A stretch of DNA of 64,000 nt, taken from Octopus sinensis (lineage: Eukaryota). The notes beneath the pieces were generated by a model. It saw only the letters and a program-made list of their open reading frames with translations, was not told the DNA's origin and made no database searches. The stretch spans positions 17,360,001 through 17,424,000 of the forward strand of contig NC_043004.1 in assembly GCF_006345805.1 (NCBI RefSeq), written 5' to 3'. Both the position numbers and the translations under genes were made by a program. Shown piece after piece: positions 58,110 through 64,000 of the stretch (its first letter is position 1; the number at the start of each line of letters is the position of its first letter).

Positions 58110-59968
58110 CCATCCTTGTGAATCAAGGGAAATGCTACAGTAGTGATGAACAAGTCTGACTACTCTGAAAATTTGGCAAGTCTTATAAGTGATGGTAGCT
58201 ACAGCAAAGAAAAGAAAGACCCAACTCTGAAAACAGAGGAAGTTGTCACAGATCTTGATAAAGAACAAGGATCACTTTACATCAATGAAATACAGACAAC
58301 TGACTCAACACTACAGTAAACTACCACACATGTACGGTCTCCTTAAGATTCAAAAGGATGGTATTCCATTAAGACCTATAGTGAGCAGTAGAGGTTCAGC
58401 ATGTCATCCACTGAGCGGCTTCGTTGCGGATATAATCAGTCCATTAGCAGGAAAGTCAACATCGCACGTGAAGAATTCCACCCACTTCACAGAATTGATC
58501 AAGGATATTGAATATCAACCAGATGGTGATTCTAGATGTGATAAGTCTGTCCACCAAAGTCCCAACTGGTGAGGCACTATCGGTGATTCAAGAAAACCTA
58601 GTGATAGACACCCATCTAAATGAACGCACTAGTATACCAATAAGAAACTTGATGAAAATGTTGACCTTCTGTGTAGAAACTACCTACTTCAGTATGGATA
58701 CTGATACATATCAACAAGAAGAGGGTTTAGCTATGGGTTCACCATTATCACCGATAATAGCCAATGTATACATGGAATATTTTGAGAATTTGGCTTTAGG
58801 ATCAACACCACTAAAACCAGCCCTATGGCTGCGATATGTTGATGACACCTTTATACTCTGGCCCCACCAGGAAGATGTCCAAGTGCTGTTATATCATGTG
58901 ATCTCAATAAAGTCATCCATACAGTTCACAATGGAAAAGGAAAAAGACAATCAGCTGGCATTCCTGGACGTATTAATAACACGCACCAAGTATGGATTCA
59001 GGACATCCGTATACTGCAAGCTGACCTTCACTGGACGGTACCTCAACTTCAATTCATACCATCCATACAGTGTTAAGAGAGGAATTGCTCAGTGTCTAAA
59101 ACATCGAGCAAAGAATATGAATAGCGATCGTGATACACACCTCGAAGAAATGATCCAACTCAATAACAATCTATTAAGCAACAACTACCCCAAAAATATA
59201 CTATCAACTCCAATTATGAAGAAAGGAGAGGATGAAACCAATAAACTGTCCACAGTCGGTCTACTCTATGTGAAAGGCTTCTCCGAAAGATACAAAAGAT
59301 ATGCAGCCCATATGACATTAGGACAGTATTCAAGAGTAATACAGCACTTCGTAAATATCTCCTTCGAGTAAAACCACCGATAGAAAAGAATATGACCAAA
59401 GACTGCGTGTATTCCATCCCATGCAGCTGTGATAGGTTATACAAAGGTGAAACATGCTGCTCTTTCAAAATAAAGGTAGACGAACATCGCAAGGCTGTGA
59501 CATGAGGAGATATTGATAAATCGGGTATAGCTAATCATGTATGGAAAAATGGAGACCACCTCCCCCTGTGGGATGAAGTTAAAATAATAGACAGAGAACA
59601 CCACTGGAAAATACGAAAACTAAAAGAAGCAGCACATATGCTAGGACACAACAACCTCCTAAGCAGACCGAGTGCAGATATGAGTAGCATATGGGAACCG
59701 GTATTAAAGAAGGATCGGAAAATATTAGATTTATAAGGCCTAAAATTCACTCCATAATTGCCCACGGGCATATGGCGTAGTGGTTAAGAGTCGGGCTTCT
59801 AACCCCAATTTCCTAGTTCGATTTCCGAGTTCGATAATAATAATAACAACATCGAAAAATACCTTAGATTCGAAATTTCCCCAAGACACCTGATGAACAA
59901 ACAGAGATATATAACAGATATCAGTCAAATGTAAATAATGTACATAATTCCTCATCTCTTATATATAG
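58110..59968 (+). mobile_element. Penelope/Poseidon-type element, 5'-truncated: RT + C-terminal GIY-YIG + 3' pseudo-LTR (59740-59968)
   Basis: GNATVVMNKSDY, DPT, YGLLKIQKDGIPLRPIVS, LDVISLSTKVP, GLAMGSPLSPIIANVYMEYFE, WLRYVDDTF, LAFLDVLI, CVYSIPCSCDRLYKGET..KVDEHRK..IANHVW; stop at 59734. Confidence 0.9.
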
Positions 59969-60044
59969 TACTGACTTGACAGAGCAAAAAGTGGTACGAG
60001 CATAAACTCGAAAGCATAATCGAAAACATAATCGAAAATGATAA

Positions 60045-60410
60045 TGGGAATAGGAAACCAGACATAGTGTTCATTGAGAAAGAAAACAAACGAACGCCCA
60101 GCTGACAACAAGGTATGCGACAATGAGGAGAGAAGAGTCGATAGATATAAGAAGTTAGCTTGGGAGGTTAAGCACTTGTCGTCACTGAAAAGGTGGTAGT
60201 AGTACCAATAATTGTCGGAGCACTGGGAACAGTGAGTAAAAATCGTGGAACAAACAAGGGCTGCAATAAGGGTGGAGTACTTGCAGAAAACAACACTGCT
60301 TGAAACCGCTCGAACACTCCGGATGATGCTCGAAAAATAAGAGGTGTTACCTTAGTTCACTGGTAGTGAACAGCTGACACCGTAGTACATCTCCAGCGTT
60401 AGAAGCTGTG
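60045..60410 (+). mobile_element. 3' fragment of a third REL-type LINE family (D3) ending in (AAT)n
   Basis: Frameshifted RKPDIVFIEKENK..DRYKKLAWEVK..VVVPIIVGALGTVSK..LQKTTLLETARTLR. Confidence 0.7.
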
Positions 60411-60411
60411 C

Positions 60412-60441
<30 letters not shown>

Positions 60442-60442
<1 letters not shown>

Positions 60443-60561
60443 TGAACGAACTACTGAGTTTGGTTTAATGGCCTACCAATTATACTATGAGTTTCTTTGC
60501 CCTAGGAGTCGGGAAGACACTCGGCAAGAAATGGAAGCAAATTTGAAAGAAGAAAAAAAAG
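60442..60561 (+). mobile_element. 3'-terminal 120 bp of Dong family D1, inserted in the (AAT)n tail of D3
   Basis: Near-identical to 5355-5477; (AAT)n on both sides. Confidence 0.88.
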
Positions 60562-61248
60562 TAATAATAATAATAATAAAAGAAATGAAATAGAATCAGA
60601 ACTTACACTGCAAGGAGGTAGCTTTCATTTTCACTACCGAGAAAAAATGATTATCAGTATGGTTTCCTGGCAAACGATTCTGTCCTTTGCCATAGAGGCG
60701 AACAACTAATCAACTAACATATTACACTCTTAATATCCTTTAGATATACGTAAAACGAGGTCTAATTAATAACCATAATGAATTATTGATCTGTTGTCTT
60801 CATTAATTCAATAAACCCCTCTTGAAAATTCTGTTTAGCTAATTGACCTAATTTACAGACAGCGTTCTTATACTGTTTTATTCCGAATTTACCATACATA
60901 ATTTTATTTACAATGGCCTCTACATTTTAATTATTCCTACTTAACTAATCTTTATTTCTTAACTAATGATTTAATTTGAACTCTTATTGATCTAATTATA
61001 TCGAGCCACATTTCTTGTGGCGATCTGGTAGCTTTATTTTGTTCTGTATCTCAGTTCAAATCTTATCTGTATCTCAATTTTCCTTTATTTTATGTCTTCC
61101 TCCTATTAATGCCAATTCCAAGAATACAGAGGTAGACCATCGCTTCTTTAAAAATGCCCACTCCATCTCTTTGATTATCTCTTCAATAGCACGCACGCAC
61201 ACGCACGTACGCACGCACACGCACGTACGCACGCACACGCACGCACGC

Positions 61249-61279
<31 letters not shown>

Positions 61280-62389
61280 TAGTCTACCAATTAGTTCCCC
61301 TGGTGGTTCACAGTAGATCTAACGAATGGAACTAAGGCGACACTTTGTCTTCATAGTCCCTTCGGCAGAATCTATCTCTGATAATGAGACAACTTCATTC
61401 AATTTAGTACTTTGACATTATAAGCACCCCCACCTCATTATAGTAACTTCTCTAATTCGTCTATGTATGTTAGTATTGCATTTACGTTCAGTCTAATTGA
61501 GAAAGTTGGTGGAAAATTTCAGTTAATATATAATTTTGTATAAACTAATTTATTTGTGTGCTCTATGTTGCCTAATATAACATCTCCACTAATTATCGAA
61601 ACGGTCGTAACTGAATAATAAATTTAATACCGTCATCTTTATTCCTTTGTTTGTATTTGTCTGCGATGGGTTACTTAAGGAAGGTGGTATAACTAGTGAA
61701 GAGAAGGAATGGCTATGTTTTGGTTATATATACAGGGATACATACGGAAGCTCCATTAAAATATGCATTGTTAATGACAACAGTTTTTCATATTTTTTAT
61801 TGGGCAAAACGTTACGGAACGCAATTTGGCTTTACTTTTTCTATAAAAAAGAATTCTTCACATCAAATTCATTACTTCAACTGGTATCTTGAAAGTCGTC
61901 AAACTCGAGTAGCTACAATAGTTACGATGTAAATCAATTATAAGAAGTAATTATTGAATACATTTCGAAAGCTACTTGACTTGCTTGGAAACACACGCCT
62001 GTTATTACTCTGATGGACCGCTTTGTTAATGCATAAAATGTCCAATTAGAGGGAAACTTTTAATTCTATAAGTGTTCGTTGCTGCTGTTCTTGTTGACAA
62101 TAGCAATATTAGTATTATCATCGTTATTAATATTAATGTTGATGTTTTTTTTTGGTTTATAACGATATAATTCTTGTTATAATGATTCTGTTATGTGGTG
62201 AAAAGTGTCTGTTTGAGAAACGTATCACTTTATGCTTTAATGCACTTGAGAGTGAGCGAAAGACGCACCAATATATTTTCAGTAAAACGTAACATTTGAT
62301 TAAGAAACGGAAAAAAGTATATTGAGATCGATTATGATGGTGTTGATGATGATGACGATGATGAGAATGATAATATATAATAATAATGA

Positions 62390-62427
<38 letters not shown>

Positions 62428-62924
62428 TCACGAAAAAGAATGATCTTTAATTGCCACATGGAAACCAATAACTTAACAACATCGAATGCATTGTTCTAAA
62501 TTAAAACTAAAACGTAGTACAGTTATAATACGATATAAGAAAACAAGCGAGTTACATCATATACAAATTATACAAAAAATAGCGAAGAGAAATTACTGAG
62601 AATGATTAGTGACACACATAGGAACAACATAGACAAATACAGGTATATCATATACCATAAAACATATAATTCTTGATTTATTAAAATTATTTCCACCTCT
62701 AGAGGATTTGTCACAATTACCAAATGATAACTGAGACCAGCTCCACCTAACAAAGGGACATAACCGCAAGTTTCAGGAGGAAGGAAAAGTGCTGCCTTAT
62801 TGACGCTTCAGACAATAATCCTGTACTTTTCCAAAGAAAAACCAACGAATTTATGTAATATGGTATGTAACATATCATGTAACAGCGAAAAGTCTTTACA
62901 CTTTTTACACTTTTTTCTCTTTTC

Positions 62925-63295
62925 CTGGTTTCAGTCATTAGACTGCAGCCATGCTGAGGCACCGCCTAGGAGTATTTTAGTCGAATAAATCGACCTCTGT
63001 AGTTTTATTTTTTTAAGCCTAGTACTTACTCTATCGATCTCTCTAGCCGAACAGCTATGTTACGGGGATATAAACACACCAACACCTGTTGTCAAGCGGT
63101 GGTGGGGGACAGACACGCGGATATACACTTACATACACGACGGGGCTTTTAATTTCCGTCTATCAAATCCACTCACTAGGCTTTGATTGGCCCGAGGCTA
63201 TAGTAGAAGACAGCAGCCCAAAGTGCCACGCGAAGGGATTGAATCAAGTACCATATGGTTGGAAGCAAGCTCCTAACCACACCCCCACTCCTGCG

Positions 63296-63300
<5 letters not shown>
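62925..63300 (-). mobile_element. Type B SINE (a plus-strand 3' half follows at about 63400-63600)
   Basis: TTTCAGTCATTAGACTGCAGCCATGCTG tail in reverse; CCACTCCTGCGCTT head in reverse. Confidence 0.75.
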
Positions 63301-63367
<67 letters not shown>

Positions 63368-63811
63368 CACACACATATACTTACATATATATATGTGTGT
63401 GTGAGTGTATGTGTGTGTATGCTTGTGTGTGTGCGTCAGTATGTGTTAGTCCTGAAGTCGTTGGTTTGTTTATGTTTCCCTAATTTAACGGTCCGACAAT
63501 AGGGATCATTAGAATAAATCCAGACTTAAATAAGTTTTAGAGTCGATTTATTTGACTAAACCTCACCACCGGAGCAGTCCGATGACTGAAACAAGGAACA
63601 AATATCGCTAAATTGCTCATAAAATACCACACAAATATACACAAACAATTCCATTACTGGATCATTTAGTTGTTTTATTGCTACAGTAATTTCCTGTTAC
63701 AGCCTAAGACTACTTCATAATTACTTCTGGCAACATAAGTTTTATCTCATTAAAAGCGCTGAGAGTCGTTCTCACCGACTGTATTGTCCTGTCCATAAGG
63801 TTTCTCTAGTC

Positions 63812-64000
63812 CAGTGCTTTTCAACCTTTTTGCTGGAGCGGAACCCCAAGAAGACATTTCACTGGCTCGAGGAACCCCTGTGCAATAATTTAATTGTCTT
63901 ATGCACACATATCTGCACAGGAGAATTAAAAATTACTGTCGATTTTAGCATTTTTGTAACTTCTTGCGGAACCCCTGGACTGTACTGGTGGAACCCTAAG
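63812..64000 (+). mobile_element. hAT (Charlie-like) MITE left end, truncated by the window edge
   Basis: CAGTGCTTTTCAACCTTTTT start, repeated GGAACCC subterminal motifs, preceded by a CTCTAG-type target. Confidence 0.65.

Noticed and set aside
61620-62990. Short ORFs that might be host exons
   Set aside because: No recognisable domain, no convincing splice-site pairs, frequent stops

Overview
AT-rich, microsatellite-dense eukaryotic DNA with no recognisable host gene. The SINE families and repeat landscape suggest a cephalopod, probably Octopus (inference). The window is almost entirely mobile-element derived. It contains three families of restriction-like-endonuclease LINEs (Dong/R4-type) sitting in (TAA)n tracts, a Tx1/L1-type LINE with a near-complete ORF2, a CR1-group LINE 3' end, and a Penelope-like element (RT plus GIY-YIG) with its pseudo-LTR. 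It also holds a decayed DD41D-like Tc1/mariner, non-autonomous Helitrons, MITEs, dozens of tRNA-derived SINEs, two near-perfect tandem duplications (about 1.5 kb and 3.0 kb) and an ORF1-only LINE derivative. The most notable structure is the Penelope pseudo-LTR, built from a tRNA-Arg-like Pol III head, an (AAT)n tract and a minimal hammerhead ribozyme. It also occurs as solo copies whose (AAT)n tract hosts TAA-targeting elements. Two further solo-repeat families carry hammerhead-like folds with variant cores. Boundaries and identity estimates were read by eye. Family names need Dfam/Repbase confirmation.
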